From: the human T2T-CHM13v2.0 reference genome, Homo sapiens
DNA length: 64,000 nt
Reading direction: 5' to 3' (one strand)
Assembly: GCF_009914755.1 (NCBI RefSeq)
Contig: NC_060939.1
Shown: positions 30,018 to 46,754 of the stretch, one piece after another
Layout of the letters: the number at the start of each line of letters is the position of its first letter
Position numbering within the stretch: the stretch's first letter is position 1
Notes under the pieces: generated by a model
Told to the model about the DNA's origin: nothing
What the model saw: the letters and a program-made list of their open reading frames with translations, nothing else
Database searches by the model: none
Translations under genes and position numbers: made by a program

Positions 30018-32513
30018 GCTTGAGTTTTTTATTATTGTCCTTTTCCTTCCTCTTACTCCATTTTAAGTTTTTTTCTTCCCTCATTGGGCTAGCTGGAACC
30101 TATAAGAAAATGATAAATAGAAGAATTAATAGGTGTATTTTTGACTTATATGTTTGACATCTCATTATGAAGTATGATGTTTGCTGTAGTTTTGTTTTTT
30201 CTTTTATTATTGAAAAGCAATATATGTGCATTGTGGAAAGTTAGGCTATATAGATACCTAAATATTTTTAAAAATGCTATGTTTCTATCACTCAGAGATT
30301 ACAGTTAACACCTTAGAGAGTTACAGTATATACATATATATTTACTTTTTAATGAAAGGAGATCATACTGTACATGTAGTAGTATAAAGGTTGCATGCTA
30401 TAAACTGCTTTTCATGCTGTAGGTGTTTTATTCCCCGTTTCCCCATATTTATGAAGAGTTTTCATCCTAAATGGGAATTCAATTTTTTAATACCTTAAAA
30501 TGACACAACTTGATTATCTTACAGTTCTGTAGCTCAGGAGTCAAACCTAGACCTTATTAGGCAAAGATTAAGGTATTGGCAGGGTGCGTCTGTTTCTGAA
30601 AGCTCTAAGATAGAGCCACTTTCTTGCCTTGGGAATTTAACTTTATCAATTTATTTTATTCAGAGGTCTTACTCATAGGTTTTACTCATTAATAAATTAA
30701 TCTCCACTGCAATAATTCTAATAATATTCTTAGTTATTTTGGGGGATGGGGAGTAGGCTTGTAATCTGGAAAGAAAGTTTTCTAGCTCAATTTACCTTGA
30801 GCATGTTGATTCTAAAATATACTATATTAAAGTAGAAATACATTTATCTTTCTTATAATTTTTATTTTTCCTTAATCAGATTAAACAAAGTGTATTGTAT
30901 TTGATAAGTTCATTATATAAAACTCTCAAATGTCTAATTTTGCTGTTAGATTTTTCTGCCAACACTCACAGTTGATGGTTATTTCCTCTAGATTTTGTAA
31001 TTTTAGATTGTGAGCTCATTTTTAGAGAAGCTTTATTTAGAGAGCACTGTGAGGCTATGATGCAGATATAGCCCCCAGGAGGATTTGTTGTTGTTGTTCC
31101 AGGACGCAACTATGTAACTAACCCAGGGCCACTTTTCAAATGCCTGTTTATTGGCTTGATCTTTTTCTTGCTGTTTGTTTGAGATATCTGAGACAATTAG
31201 TAGATGGAGAAAAAGCAGAAAAAATATGAGAATGTCATCAGTGTGGGCAGCAGTTATTTCACATTTTAAATAAACCTGAAATAGCAAACATAATCTGGTT
31301 AGCATATGTGAATTTTGTACAAAAATAGTTTCTGTGCATGGCCCCTTCATCAATTTCTTTTTAAAAAAACACATGCATCATATGATCTTTGGAAGAGGGA
31401 ACTGGCTGGATATCACTAGCATAACACAGTGGTTCTCAAACCAGAAACATCTGTGGAACTTTAGGTAAAACTACACCTGCCACATGCAAAAGACTGAAGT
31501 TGGACCCTTACCTTACAGTACCATATACAAAAATTTACTCAAAATGGATCAAATAGCTAAACATAACAGCTAAAAGTATAAAACTCTTAGAAGAAAATAT
31601 AGGGTAAAGATTAATGACATTTAGTTCGGCAATGATTTCTTGGATATTACACCAAAATGGAAGTCAACAAAAGAAAAAATAGATCCGTTACATCAAATAT
31701 TAAAATTTCTGTATACCAAAAGACATAGTCAACAGAGTAAAAGGCAACCTACTGTATGGGAGAAAATATTTACAAATGATATATCTAATAAGGGGTTATC
31801 AGAATATATAAAGAACGTTTGCAGCTCAACAACAAAAAGAGAAACAACTGATGGAAAAAAATGGGTAAAAGGCTTCTATAGACATTTTTCCAGAGAAGAC
31901 ATGGTGGTCAAAAAGCACATGGAAAGATGCTCAGAATCATTAGGAAAATGCGAATCAAAAGTACAATGAGATACTATCACTTACTGATTAGAATGACTAT
32001 TATAAAAAACAAAATAACAAGCATAGATGAGGAAGTGGAGAAATTGGAACACTTTTGCACTGTTAGGAATGTAAAATGGCACAGCCACTGTGGAAAACTA
32101 CATGATAACTCCTTAAAAACTTAAGCATAATTTTCATATGATCCAGTGATTCTACTTCTGGGTATACACTCAAAAGTACTGAAAGCAGAGATTCAAAGAG
32201 ATACTTGTATACCTACGTTCATAGTAGCATTATTCACAATAGCCAAAAGGTAGAAACAACCCAAGTGTATATAGACAATAAATAGAAGTACACACACACA
32301 CACGCACACACAGAGGAATATTATTCTGCTTTTAAAAGAAAGGAAATTCTGACACATGCTATAACATGGATGAACCTTAATGACATGAAAATAAGTGAAA
32401 TAAGCCAGTCACAAAAAGACAAATACGTCATGATTCCACTTACGTGAGGCACTTATGGCAGCCAAATCCGTAGAGACATAGAGTAAAATGGTGGTTGCCT
32501 GAAGCTGTGGTAG

Positions 32514-32877
<364 letters not shown>

Positions 32878-33019
32878 AGGAACCCATTATTGTTTAATGG
32901 GTTGCAGAGTTTCAGTTTTTCAAGATGAAAAGAGTTCTGGAGATGGACAATGGTGATGGCTGCACAGCAATGTGAACGTACTTGATGCCACTGAACTGTA
33001 CACTTAAAATGGTGGTTGA

Positions 33020-33351
<332 letters not shown>

Positions 33352-34641
33352 TTAAAATTTTATGTCTTTATTTTACTTCTTTTTTTTTTTTTGAAATGTG
33401 CTCATGATGCAGCCCTACTTACCAGTCTTATTCAGAAAGTGGATCCCTGGCATTTCTCTTTCATGGTAAAAACCACAGTAAATTATCTGAGATTCATTAA
33501 GTAAAAGGAAGTAACAAAGTTGGAAGAAAAAAATAGAAGAATGAAATATCAATATATAAAATACCTAAGAAACCTTGATTAGTTTCAGTTTCTACTGGAT
33601 GCTAAACTTTCCTGATACTTTCAGTAAAACCTTTATTTTATATCTTAGAAATGATTCCCATTTGCAGCAGGCAACTTACCATTGCCTTCACAAGTGTAGT
33701 TACGATGTCAGAGCGGCAATCACCTTCATTTTAACTTCCCTCTTCCCTCTGACCATTCTTTGCATCTTGCCTATCTTGTGTTTCTTTTTAAAGAAATAAA
33801 GCTTCACTCAAATTTTGTTAAAGCTTGACAGCTGGGGAAAAACATCCACGAGTTATATCATTTGTTCAGGCTGAATTTATAACTATATAAATGTTCTTTC
33901 TTCTTACAAGGAAATTATCTTACTGGTAATCACATTGCCCTTGGAGTCATTGTCTCCACCGTATTATGATGATATTTTACCATCAATCAACAAATGTGTC
34001 AAGTAGATACATGATACGATATCACAGACCATGGAAATTTTACCAAAACACCATGGAGATGTGGTCCCAAGGCTAAGGTAGCATAGAGTTGAGTTCATGC
34101 AGACATATAAATATGAAATAAAAAAAATTTTAATATATTTGCCTATTAGCCTTCTTTTAAAAATCATTTTCCTTTTACCTCCACTCAGAACACCTATCTA
34201 CTATTAACTGGCACATAGTGGGCATTCAATATTTGTTGAATGAATAAATATGGAGCAAATTCTATTAGGAAAAGCAATATTATGTGTAAGAAACACTTCT
34301 CTAAAATAAAAAAAAAAAACCCACAGGAATTTCTAGCATAGAAATCTAATATACCCAAATAAAGCACCTAGAACATGGAAAAGGAGGACTAGAAATGTAT
34401 TAGGCTTCAGAAAGACCCATTCCTCCTGCCCAGTTAATTATAGCTTAGCAGAATAGGGACTTACGGCTAGCAAATCAAAATTTGAAAGCATGTTTCAGGG
34501 TTTAACAAATAAGTAAAATATTATTTATATAATTAATGCTCTCTTATGAGAAAAGCAGGCTATGAGTTTAGTGAGTTGACATTTTGTTCTGCTCAGCTGG
34601 GGAAGGCTTTCTGGTGTAGAAAAGCCAAATTTCTTAAGTGA

Positions 34642-35308
<667 letters not shown>

Positions 35309-36718
35309 TCCCTGGACTTTTATTGACAGCAATAGCTGCCCCCAATTTAACATTTAATACTGCCTTTGCTACCAATAAGCTGTCTAATCCTGTGCCCTCA
35401 GTTACATCTAACTTTAATGAGGGAATTATTTCACTGATTTAAACTCTGCATGAAAACGATTCTTCTTTATTAGTATTTTATTTACTTAATTTTATGCATA
35501 CAAAATATTTTCAGCTTAACCAGACCAGGATGCTCTACTCTTTGCCCCAGAAATTGTCCAAGTGATCCTTATACCTGTAAACTGAATCCTAGCAAATAAT
35601 AATAATAATACCTAATATGTACTTGTTTCATTATGTACTATTAGCACTTCACATCTGTTATCTACTTTAACCCTTTTAACAACTCCAGGAATAAGTACTA
35701 TGATTACTGCTATTTTAGAGGGGAAAAGAGAAAGACCCTGAGCAGCTAATCTTGGATGCCTAAGATAATTCAGCTATGAAGTGATGAGGCCAGGATTTGA
35801 GAATCCACATGCTGAGCCACTGAACCACATTACCATCCAGGCAAATACTGAGAGCCTCCTCAGCAATAAACTGAAGTTGTGAACAATCAGATAAACTCTC
35901 CTCTCACAATTCCCAGATGCTGGGAGTGGTGCAGTGAGAGGGAGTTGGGTATAAGAAATACCTGGTACCAACTACAAGCTCCAGAATTATAATTTCAGAC
36001 TAGTAGAACATATGTAGTAAAAATCTATGATTTGCCAAATGCTTGCTCAGACATATGCAGAATTTGCTAATTATAACATCCTTGCCCTTTCATGGCCATA
36101 TTTTTGCAGAAAGATGAAGAAGCTAAGGTGTAATTTAGTTTTATTTCAGAGACTAAACTTGCCAGGGTGAAAAAACATACCAGAAAGAGGGTCCTTTTCC
36201 TAGTATCCACTGGGCAGGCCTGAGCAATAAAGGCCACAATCATGTGTCCTCATGGCCTCACTTACATGACAAGAATCCACTTTTTCCTCATATGGGCTGC
36301 CTCAGTTTTATTTTCCACCTCTGAGCCACAGAACACATTAATTCTCAATTACACTTACTCAGTGCTGCAATCTGTAGTCCCTACATGGACAAAACAGTAA
36401 TGGGAAACACAAATAATTAGTTCTTCCAACACCATCCAACCTGAGGAGTTTATATGGTTTGTTTATTTTAAAGAAAAGTCCTGGGAATTGGATTCAAATG
36501 AATCTGTAGAATTAATGAGAGTCGAATCTTACCTTTCTCATGAAGCAGAATGACCATTGCAGATAGTTAAGACGCAATCCCAGGACCTGGTGCATGATGT
36601 AAATCCCTCATAGGATGTTAAATAAGAACAATAATGTCAGTAACAACAAAACAACACTCTTATCTACATATGGTAACACCTATTAGAGGTAGAAAAGTGA
36701 AAGTATTTTAGAAGTACA

Positions 36719-37061
<343 letters not shown>

Positions 37062-37484
37062 TCACTGGAGACTCTTAGTACATAATTTTATCCAACTGCC
37101 TTGCAATAGACACCCAGAATAATGTTATTAATAGCAACCAAAAAATGACATCAATTTGAAAACACTAGGTTTAATGGATGCTGTCTTCAGGTCTGAGGAC
37201 TTATTTTCCTAGATGCTGGGAGTGCTGCCAGTAGACAGCCCTGAGCTGTCAGCCCTCTTCAGAAATTATCCTTGGTCACAGACCACTGTCACCCAGTATC
37301 AGCTTGCATCCATAAACGCCTAGCCTTCTCACTGTGAGGAGAGTCAACTCTGAAGGGTCATCTAGCTTTACAGCTCCTGAGGGAATAGCTGAGGCCTTTG
37401 CTGAGACTGCAGTAAACTCAGCTTTTCCTTCCATCCAGCCCTGCCTCCTTCCCTTCCACAAATGTTGATCCTACGAGCAGTCTC

Positions 37485-39415
37485 TGATATGGTTTGGCTG
37501 TGCCCTTACCCCAATATCATCTTGAATTGTAATTCCCAAAATCCCCACGTATGGTGGGAGGGAACTTGTGGGAGGTAAGTCAATCATGGGAGCAGTTTCC
37601 CTCATGCTATTCTCATGATATGTAATCTTTCATGAGATTACATATCATGATTACATATCATGAGATTACATATCATGATTACATATCATGAGATTACATA
37701 TCATGATTACATATCATGAGATTACATATCATATTACATGATATCATGAGATTACATATCATGATATTACATATCATGAGAGAGTAATCTGTCATGAGAT
37801 CTGATGGCTTTATAAGGGGCTTCCCCCTTCTCCTTCCTGCTGCCATGTGAAAGAGTAACTAATACAGCAAGTTGGTACTGTAGAGGGTGGTGTGCTTCTG
37901 TGAAGATACCCAAAAATGTGGAAGTGACTTTGGAACTGGGTAGCAGGCAGAGGTGGGAACAGTTTGGAGGGCTCAGAAGACAAGAAAATCTGGGAAAGTT
38001 TGGAACTTCCTAGAGATTTGTTGAATGATTTTGACCAAAATGCTGTCAGTGATGTAGATAATGAAGTCCAGGCTGAGGAGGTCTCAGATGGAGATGAGGA
38101 ACTTCTTGCAAACTGAAATAAAGGCGACTCTTGCTACACAAAGAGACTGGCGGAATTTTGCACTTGCCCTGGAGATCTGTGGAACTTTGAACTTGAAAGA
38201 GATGATTTAGGGTAACTGGCAGAAGAAATTTCTAAGTGGCAAAGTGTTCAAGAGGAAGCAGAGCAAAAAAGTTTGGAAAATCTGCAGCCTGACAATGCAA
38301 AAGCAAAGAAAACCCCATTTTCCGAGGAGAAATTCAAGCCAGCTGCAGAAATTTGCATAAGTAATGAGGAGCTGAATGTTAATCACCAAGACAATGGGGA
38401 AAATGTCTCCAAGGCATGTCAGAGATCTTCACAGCAGCCCCTTGCATCACAGGCCTGAAGGCCTAGGAGGGAAAAATGGTTTTGTGGGCCGGGCCCAGGC
38501 ACCCCCTGCTCTATGCAGCCTTGGGACATGGTGCTCTGCATCCCAGCGGATTCAGCTCCAGCTGGTGCTAAAAGGGGCCAATGTACAGCTCAGGCCATTG
38601 CTTCAGAGGGTGCAAGCCTCAAGCCTTAGAAGCTTACATGTGGTATTGGGCCTGCAGATGTACAGAAGTCAAGAATTAAGGTTTAGGAACCTCCACCTAG
38701 ATTTCAGAGGTTGTATGGAAATGCCTGGATATCCAGAAGTTTGCTGCAGGGGTGTAGCCCTCATGGAAAACCTCTGCTAAGGCAGTGTGAGAGAGAAATG
38801 TGGGGTCAGAGCCCCTACACAGAGTCCCCACTGGGGCACTGCCTAGTGGAGCTGTGAGAAGAAGGCTTTTGATTTTAACAGGCTCATAGGTAGAAAGGAC
38901 TTACATTGTCTCAGAAGAGACTTTGGACTTGGACTTTTTAGTTAATGCTGGAATGAGTTAAGACTTTGGGGGACTGTTAGAAGGGCATGATTGTGTTTTG
39001 AAATGTGAGGACATGAGATTTGGAAGGGGCTGGGGTGGATCGATATGGTTTGGCTGTGTTTCCACCGAGATCTCCTCTTGAGTTGTAGTTCCCATAATCC
39101 TCACATGTCATGGGAGGGACCCAGTGGGAGGTAATTGAATCATGGGGGCAGTTACCCTTATGCTGTTCTCATGATAGTGAGCGAGTTCTTATGAGGTCTG
39201 ATGGTCTTATGAGGAGATTTTCTCCCTTTTGCTAGGCACTTCTCTTTCCTACTACCATGCAAAGAAGGATGTGTTTGCTTCCCCTTCCACTATTATTGTA
39301 AGTTTCCTCAGTTCTCCCCAGCCATGTGGAACTGTGAGTCAATTAAACCTCTTTCCTTTATAAATTACCCAGTTGCAGATATTTCTTCATACCAACATGA
39401 GAACAGACTAATACA
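37485..39415 (+). mobile_element. THE1 (C/D-like, MaLR) element: LTR 37485-37866, internal 37867-39040, LTR 39041-39415
   Basis: LTRs run (T/C)GATATGGTTTGGCTGTG...CTAATACA. 5-bp TSD GTCTC/GTCCC. The internal region is shortened. Confidence 0.92.
37612..37780. repeat. Minisatellite TCATGA(GA)TTACATA x10 with one inverted unit
   Basis: Units parsed directly (see findings). Confidence 0.92.
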
Positions 39416-40334
39416 GTCCCTAATATGTATTCTGCATGCTAATCTCTGTCTCTAAGACTGTTTCTCTGGGAACCCAAGATGAAATACCAATGTAATCAAA
39501 TGTTTTGTTTCTAATGTTATTAAAATGTATTGCTTTACATTAAAGATGTATACATTTTTAATAATCATTTAAAAATATGATATTGTTTGGATATGTTAAA
39601 ATTACCTGCTACAGAACCACTTTCCTCTGGAAACAAGTAGGGCTGGTTGATTTGCTGTGATGGAAAAACAATCAGGAGTGCAAAGGGCATTTAAAGTAGG
39701 CTACAAAATTGTTAAGTCTCCATACTTGAGAAACTATACTGGGAATTGAGAAATGGCATTGGAGTTTACGTAGGGGAGAGAGAAATTAGGGGGTTGCTAG
39801 TCCCAGTGGGGATCCACACAAAGTTTTTGTTGTTGTTGTTGTTGTTAAGGCCTCTAGCTATACAGCTTCTTGAAGGCTAGGACTGATTCCCACAAAGAGC
39901 TCTGTCAAAGGCATTACAGCATAGTGAAGATGACTTCGTGTGGCCATCATCTGCCTTCTCTCTGTTCTTAGTCCCCTCTGCTCTTGGTCTCTCAGAACAT
40001 CTTTTCCCCCTAATATTTTATAGCCAATAGAAATATGCTGAGGATATTTGAATTTTAGAAGAGAATTCAAAAGAAGGTACAATCTTTCAACATAGAAGCA
40101 TGAATCTGAATTGCCAATGAAAGAGTTTCGGATACTATAACTAGAGCAGGAATGGTAATTTAGGGGAGACAGACAGTCTACCCAGCGTTGACCCAGATAA
40201 TCTTCCTGAATACCTTTAATAGAGTCTTTGATTAATTGTGCCTTGTGCTGTGATTACTCATCCACCCCACACTGACACCTTGGTCGTGCAGTTTGCCTCA
40301 CTATCAGTTTGAACTTCAATTCTGGATTTGACAA

Positions 40335-41950
40335 TTCATTCAACAAATAATAACTAAGAACCTACCAGGTGCCAGAGACACAGTCGTAAAAAACCAAGAC
40401 AAGGTCCCTGCCTTCTACTGGAGGAAGACAAAGAAACAAACAGATAAGCAAATATCATTGTTGCAGAAAGCAAGAAGGGCTAAGACAAGAATAAAGCAAG
40501 GTTAAGTTAGAGGACAACCAGGTGACCATTTTAGCTGTGATGAGTGAGGCCACTGAAGACCTTTCTGAACAGGTGACATGTGAACAGACACCTGAATGGT
40601 GAACATCAAGTCGTGAAGATTTAGGGAGAAGAGCATCCCAGGCAAAGGCTTGTAGTAGGAGCACAGCAAACAAAGGGGAGAATGACAGATGGGTTGGAGC
40701 AGTAGGCAGGGGTCAGAGCAAATAATTTGGATTTTGTTCTAAATAGTTACAGAAGGATTTTTTTTAAAGAATGAGAAATACGATGTGATCTAAGTTTGCA
40801 GAGATCCCGCCAACTGCTGCTTGAGGAGAGGGCTGTAAGGGAATGACAGTGAAGTCAGGTGAAGCAGTTGGAAAGGTAGAGTTATAGAGCAGGTAAGGTT
40901 GAGCATAGTGGTGGTAGAAGTTATGGGAACTGATTGGGTTCAGAATGAATTTTAGAAATAAAACCAACAGGACTTGGCAATGGATTAGGTGTAAGGAATG
41001 ACAAAGAGATGACTCAAATATATCTCCCAGGTGTCCTTCCTGGCATAACTGAATGAATGATGGTACCATCAGTTGGGATGGAGAACACTGGAGGAGTAGA
41101 CTTGGAGGCCAGGGAAAAATAAAGACTTGTGTTTGGACGTGTTAAATCTGAGATGTCTACATCCTACTGAAGATCTTAAATAGGACACTTGTGTATATAA
41201 ATCTATAGTTCAGAAGAGAAGCTGGGGCTAGAAGTATAGATCTACACATCAACTGATAAAGATGCTTTTGGAACCCATGGGACTAGGGATATCAAGGAGA
41301 TCAAGGGTATAAGAGATCAAGGACTGAGCCCTGAGGAACTTCAATATTTACAGAAGTGGTTTACAACACTCCATGCCCATTGAAATTACCAGAAGATTTT
41401 TTTTTAAATGTTGAACCTCTACCCATCCTTCACATATCTGATTTAATTGGTCTGGGGTTCAGTTTGAGTATCAAGAAATTTTAAAACTCCTCAGTGATTC
41501 TAACGTGCAGCTAAGGTGGAAACCACTGATTAAAAACTGTTAATTGTAGCTGTTTGACAGGCTGAGGGGAGAATCACGTAAGCCCAGGAGGTCAAGGCTA
41601 CAGTGAGCTATGTTCATACCTTACACTCCAGCCTAAGTGACAGAGCAAGACCCCATCTCTTAAAAAAATGGGAAGAGAAAGCTAAGCCAGAATTACTAGA
41701 ATGAAAAGAGCCATCAGCAAGGTAGGAAGAAAACCAGGACAGTAGTATCCTGGAAGTTAAGTGAAGAGACTGTTCCAAGAATGGCATGATCAACTGTGTC
41801 AAATGCTAATGAGACATTAAGTAAAATGAGAGAGAGAGAGAGAGAGAGAGGAGAAGGACATGAGGGTGTGGGTGACTCAAATGTGAAAAGCTTTTATAGG
41901 ATGTAGGGGTGAAGGCCTGCCCAGCACAGGCTAAAGGGAGTGGATAGTGA
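40335..41950 (-). mobile_element. L2 fragment interrupted by MER5-like (about 41355-41528) and Alu right-arm (about 41545-41668) pieces
   Basis: ATTCATTCAACAAAT (L2 3' end, antisense) and purine-rich L2 body. Confidence 0.75.
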
Positions 41951-42775
41951 GAAGGCAGAGATTGCTGCTGTGTGCTGTGTCCCTTCTGCCCTGGGCCAGG
42001 GTCACTCAAATGCTAGGCTCACATCCAGCATCTCTGGCTGCTCCTTGTCCCGGGGCTTGGATGGCCAATGCCCCTCAAATAACACTATCTCAATTACTTA
42101 TTCCAAAAGCCAGTCAACATTTATTCCACAGCTCATTGAATACATACTCAGCACATACATGTGCTAGTTATTGTTAGGTAGTGGGGATACAATGCCAAAT
42201 AAGTTAGAGTTCTTGCTCTCATGAAACTGTCAATTCATTGAGGAAGAGGGTCACAAATAATCACAACAAAATAGCAATCTTGATTCTACTTCCCCAATGT
42301 TACTCTTCGTTCAACTCTTATTTCCACTCACCTAGTTTAGGCCTTGAAAATGAGTAATAATGTCCTAAGCAGCCTTCCTGTATCCAGTCTCTCCCTTCTT
42401 GCCAATCTAGTTTAAACCTTGCTGCCAAATTCCTCTTTCTGAAACACAACCCTGTTCATGTAATCTGTTAATTGAGGAAGCCTTCATTGAGCACCTACTA
42501 AGTACAAAAAAAATGCAAGGTCTTCCCTCCTATAATGTAGGGTCAATTTATGGCTCAAAAATCCCAATCATGTAATATCGATTAAGAAGTAAACTTAGCA
42601 GATATCTAGTCCACACCAGAATCTCCTATATTAATCTCTCTATAAATGATAAATGGACAGCTGGATGGAGAATCCATTTTTTTAAAAGGAGCCAAATACA
42701 TATTCAAGAAGCTGGAATTTTTACAATTTCTTCCTCCAGTCCCGCTTCCTGCTCAACAGAATACAAGCTTCTTCA

Positions 42776-43362
<587 letters not shown>

Positions 43363-43484
43363 AAGACCTTCTGTAGTTTGACCCTAAGGCACTCATGTCT
43401 TAGTTTCTGATATTCTCCCTTTACAGTACCCTCCCTGGATGTGCTTTCACACCACCACACTTTCCCCTTATTCCACATAATCAA

Positions 43485-44105
43485 ATATTACACATCCTTC
43501 AAAGCCAAGGTCAAGGTCCACCTTCTCCATAACACCATGCTGAGTCCCTCAGCTGACTCATTACCTCCCTCACCTGAGATCCCTCAGGCTTTACTTTTAC
43601 CTTCCTTAGGGGTTTCTATCTTTGATGATTGGTGCACCTGTCCTTTTTTTCATGCCTCATTGAAAGGTCCATGAGATTTGGGCTTATCTCCTGAATGTCT
43701 CCGTCTCCTCCATGGTACCCAGCATAGTGACTTGGAAGTTTCACTTGACAGACACTCGTGGAATGAACAGAGCAGTGATTCTCGGATCTGTTTCTTATTT
43801 TGTGAAAGGAGAAGCTTTCTTAACATACAAACATTTCTACTAACTCTAATATTATAATTCCTAAATTTAAAGTATTAGATAGTATTGTATGCCTGATACT
43901 GTGTTTCCCATTTCGAAGACACAATTGTGACTTTTTGGGGGGAAAGAAAATACACAAGAAACAATTCACTTATAAACTGAATATAAAAAATGCTAGTTGT
44001 TAGCAACAGAAAATAACAAAGTTGCTCATACTGGGAGGACATACATGTAGTCAAGAGTCACCAGAGCATTAAAAGGAAGAGGTGCTAGCTGAGCTGAGCT
44101 TTGAA
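43485..44105 (+). repeat. Ancient local duplication, copy A
   Basis: Colinear with 46755-47372 at an offset of about 3266-3270. Confidence 0.85.
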
Positions 44106-44163
44106 ATCCCCATACAGTTCTTAAGTCCTGGGCATTTTAAGCCGGGAACGAAGGCTCAGTCAG

Positions 44164-44180
44164 GGCCACTAGAGGGAGCC
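44164..44180 (+). promoter_or_regulatory. CTCF motif
   Basis: GGCCACTAGAGGGAGCC closely matches the core CCASYAGRKGGCRS (one mismatch). Confidence 0.6.
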
Positions 44181-46269
44181 AAGGCTTGCAATCTGCAGAA
44201 CACGCTTTCTGGCTGAATTAGCCTTGGGTTCACAGATTCTAAAACATTTGCTTAGCAGATTGAAAAGGATCATCTTTATCACACATCTACAGGACCATTT
44301 CTAAAATGCAAGCTATGTTGAGTTTATTTTCAGTTTTTAGTAATGTTAAACCCCTTTGGAGAAGATAAATATTAAGAACTTAATGTCTGTGCATTTCATG
44401 CCATTTTCGCCAGTGAATATATCCTGAGACTTATTGGTGAGCTAATCTGAGATATTTAACAACCCCTGATGGGGTTTCTGGGGATGGAGGTAGAGAAGGA
44501 CCAGGTGGGATCCTGTTCTATTCCCCTCCCACCTAATCAGACTGGCCGGGAGCTGGGCTGTCCTGGACCCACCAGTTTTCAGAGCTTGAGGTTCTCGCAT
44601 CATCAGGCCGGGAGTCTAGAGGTTACTACCCACACTTTCAAATACTAAGCCTGTGGGACCAATTATGGCCACCCCCCTAGCCTTTTCAGTCGGTCCAACG
44701 CCACAGAAAGCCCTAAGCAAGTAGTGTTTAAAAGTACCTGGATGTTCTGGGGCAGCAGTGTGAGCAGTCTGGCCACCGTCACCAGACCTGGCCCTAGTGC
44801 TGGGTCTTGATGGATGGCTCAGGGTGAAGGAGCGAGGCTCCCATTCAAAGTCGGATGATAAGAGTGAGGAGTAGCTGGAAGGTGAGGGAGAGTAAATGGC
44901 TAATGTCCTGATTGATTGCCCTGCCTCAAAGAGGGTGACACTAGACAAGGTGAAATCACAAGAAATCACACATTTACTAAATGATTAGCATGGATCATTT
45001 TTTCTTGCCATGTATATAAATGTTTATTTGTACTAAAATTTGGGACACAGAAACTTAAGAAATAAAAAAAGAATATTGCAACTACAAAGCCATTGTGAAT
45101 TATCCTCAGTATCCCTGAGAAGAACCCTCACGCTATGAGGAGGACACTCCAGGGGACCCCGGCATGGAGGGGTCTCCCATACTACTTACTCCCAGTGCCA
45201 CCAGATAGACCAGCTGCTGCAGAGCCTGCAACGTGAGAGTGGAGTACCTGAGAGGCCCCCTTTTCATCCAAAAGCCACTTGCAGAAAGCCTCTTAATGTG
45301 GCTGTCATCCAGCTTCCAGCTAAGCTGAGGGCAGGAGACTGAAGACTCATGTCTAGAAAGAAGAAAGAATAGCAAGTTGATTGGGCAGTCTTCTAAGTTG
45401 AGTTTGCAAAAAGCAGTGCATTATCCAGTACTCCTCTGTGCCTCCCATACTGCTGTCCTGGCACCCTCATGCTTTTCCTCTCCCTCTAAATCCTAAGGGA
45501 ATAAGAAAAGGGAGATAAAAGCAAGCAAACAGAAATAAAAAAAAAGGATATTGCGTGGAGACTTTCTTTGGCCACTAGAGATGCCCAGTGAGGGTGAGCC
45601 AGATGAGCAGAATCAAGAACAAGGCTGGAGCTGCTACTCCTAGAGGTGGGGCAGGACAGAGTTCCAGGCAGCATCAGGGAGAGAAAACAAGGGTGTCCTG
45701 ACTTGTCTGGAACCTGCTGTTCAGGCTGGAGGGCTGTGGAAAGCCAACCCCAAGGAAGAGTAAGGAATTAAGAGGAGAGGTCTGAGCTGCAGAGGGCTAG
45801 GTTGCTCCTGTCTGTGCTGTCTGAACTGCTCAACCACTGTGGCTTTTCTCAGAAATAGGCTCCACCTGGCATCCCTCCAGATGAAGTGCAAACTCTAGAG
45901 GCAGAGTATGGGCTGAATTGAGAGAGAAGTGGCCAGCACTCATGCCCAGACTCCAGGAGCACAGTTTGAACCCTACATAAAATAGAGTGGGGGCCAGGAC
46001 TGCAGCAGGTAGAGTAAACACACGGTCTAACGTGCTGGGGCGAGACCAGGTGGGGTCAGTGCCCTGTCTCTGCCTGACTCTGCCAAAGGAGAGTGGGACT
46101 GGAAGCTTCCCTGCACTTGTGGGGTGTGGATAATAGGGGACTAGTGAAATTTAGAAACAAGAAGAGAGGCAGCTTTCTTTCTATGGGGGAGCTGGGGTTG
46201 GCCACATCAAGAAGAGCTCCAATTCAGGCAGATCAAAGTGTTCTTTCAGTAAGCCCTCTGGAGGCTCAG

Positions 46270-46626
46270 TGTCTTAGTCTGTTTTGCGCTGCTATAACAT
46301 AGCATACCTGAGAAGACTGGCTAAAAGCAGAAATTTATGTCTCATATTCCTAGATGCTGGCAAGTCCAAGATCAAGGTGTTGACATCTGACCAGGGCCTT
46401 CTTGCTGTGTCATAACATGGTAGAAGGACAGAGAGAGAGGGACCAAACTCGTCTTTTTATAAGGAACATGCTCCTGCCATAACCGCATTAATTCATTCAT
46501 GAGGGCAGAGCCCCCATGATCCAAACACTTCCCATTAGGCCTCATCACCCAACACCATTGCTTTGGGAATCAAGCTTTCAACATGTTAACTTTGGTGGGT
46601 CAGGGAGGAACATTCAAACTATAGCA
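46270..46626 (-). mobile_element. MST-family (MaLR) solo LTR
   Basis: TGTCTTAGTCTGTTTTG...CAAACTATAGCA; perfect TSD CTCAG at 46265-46269 and 46627-46631. Confidence 0.88.
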
Positions 46627-46754
46627 CTCAGCATGAATTGTAGCCACAATCACAGTTGGCACATATGACTCTGTGGTCTGGTTTTAAATTGGACTTAAAG
46701 CTTGGTAAAGGCCAAAATGCATTCAAACTTGGGTACTCTTCCCCAAACCCCACA

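Larger units (their letters stand above)
37170..39480 (+). mobile_element. LTR16-like (ERVL) LTR split by the THE1 element
   Basis: CCCTTCCACAAATGTTGATCC before the THE1 and CTGCATGCTAATCTCTGTCTC...GGGAACCCAA after it. Confidence 0.6.

Noticed and set aside
37612-37780. CRISPR-like array
   Set aside because: Units are contiguous with no unique spacers, there are no cas genes, and the context is a eukaryotic LTR.
38207-38780. ORFs within the THE1 internal region
   Set aside because: Fragmented MaLR internal sequence with stops.
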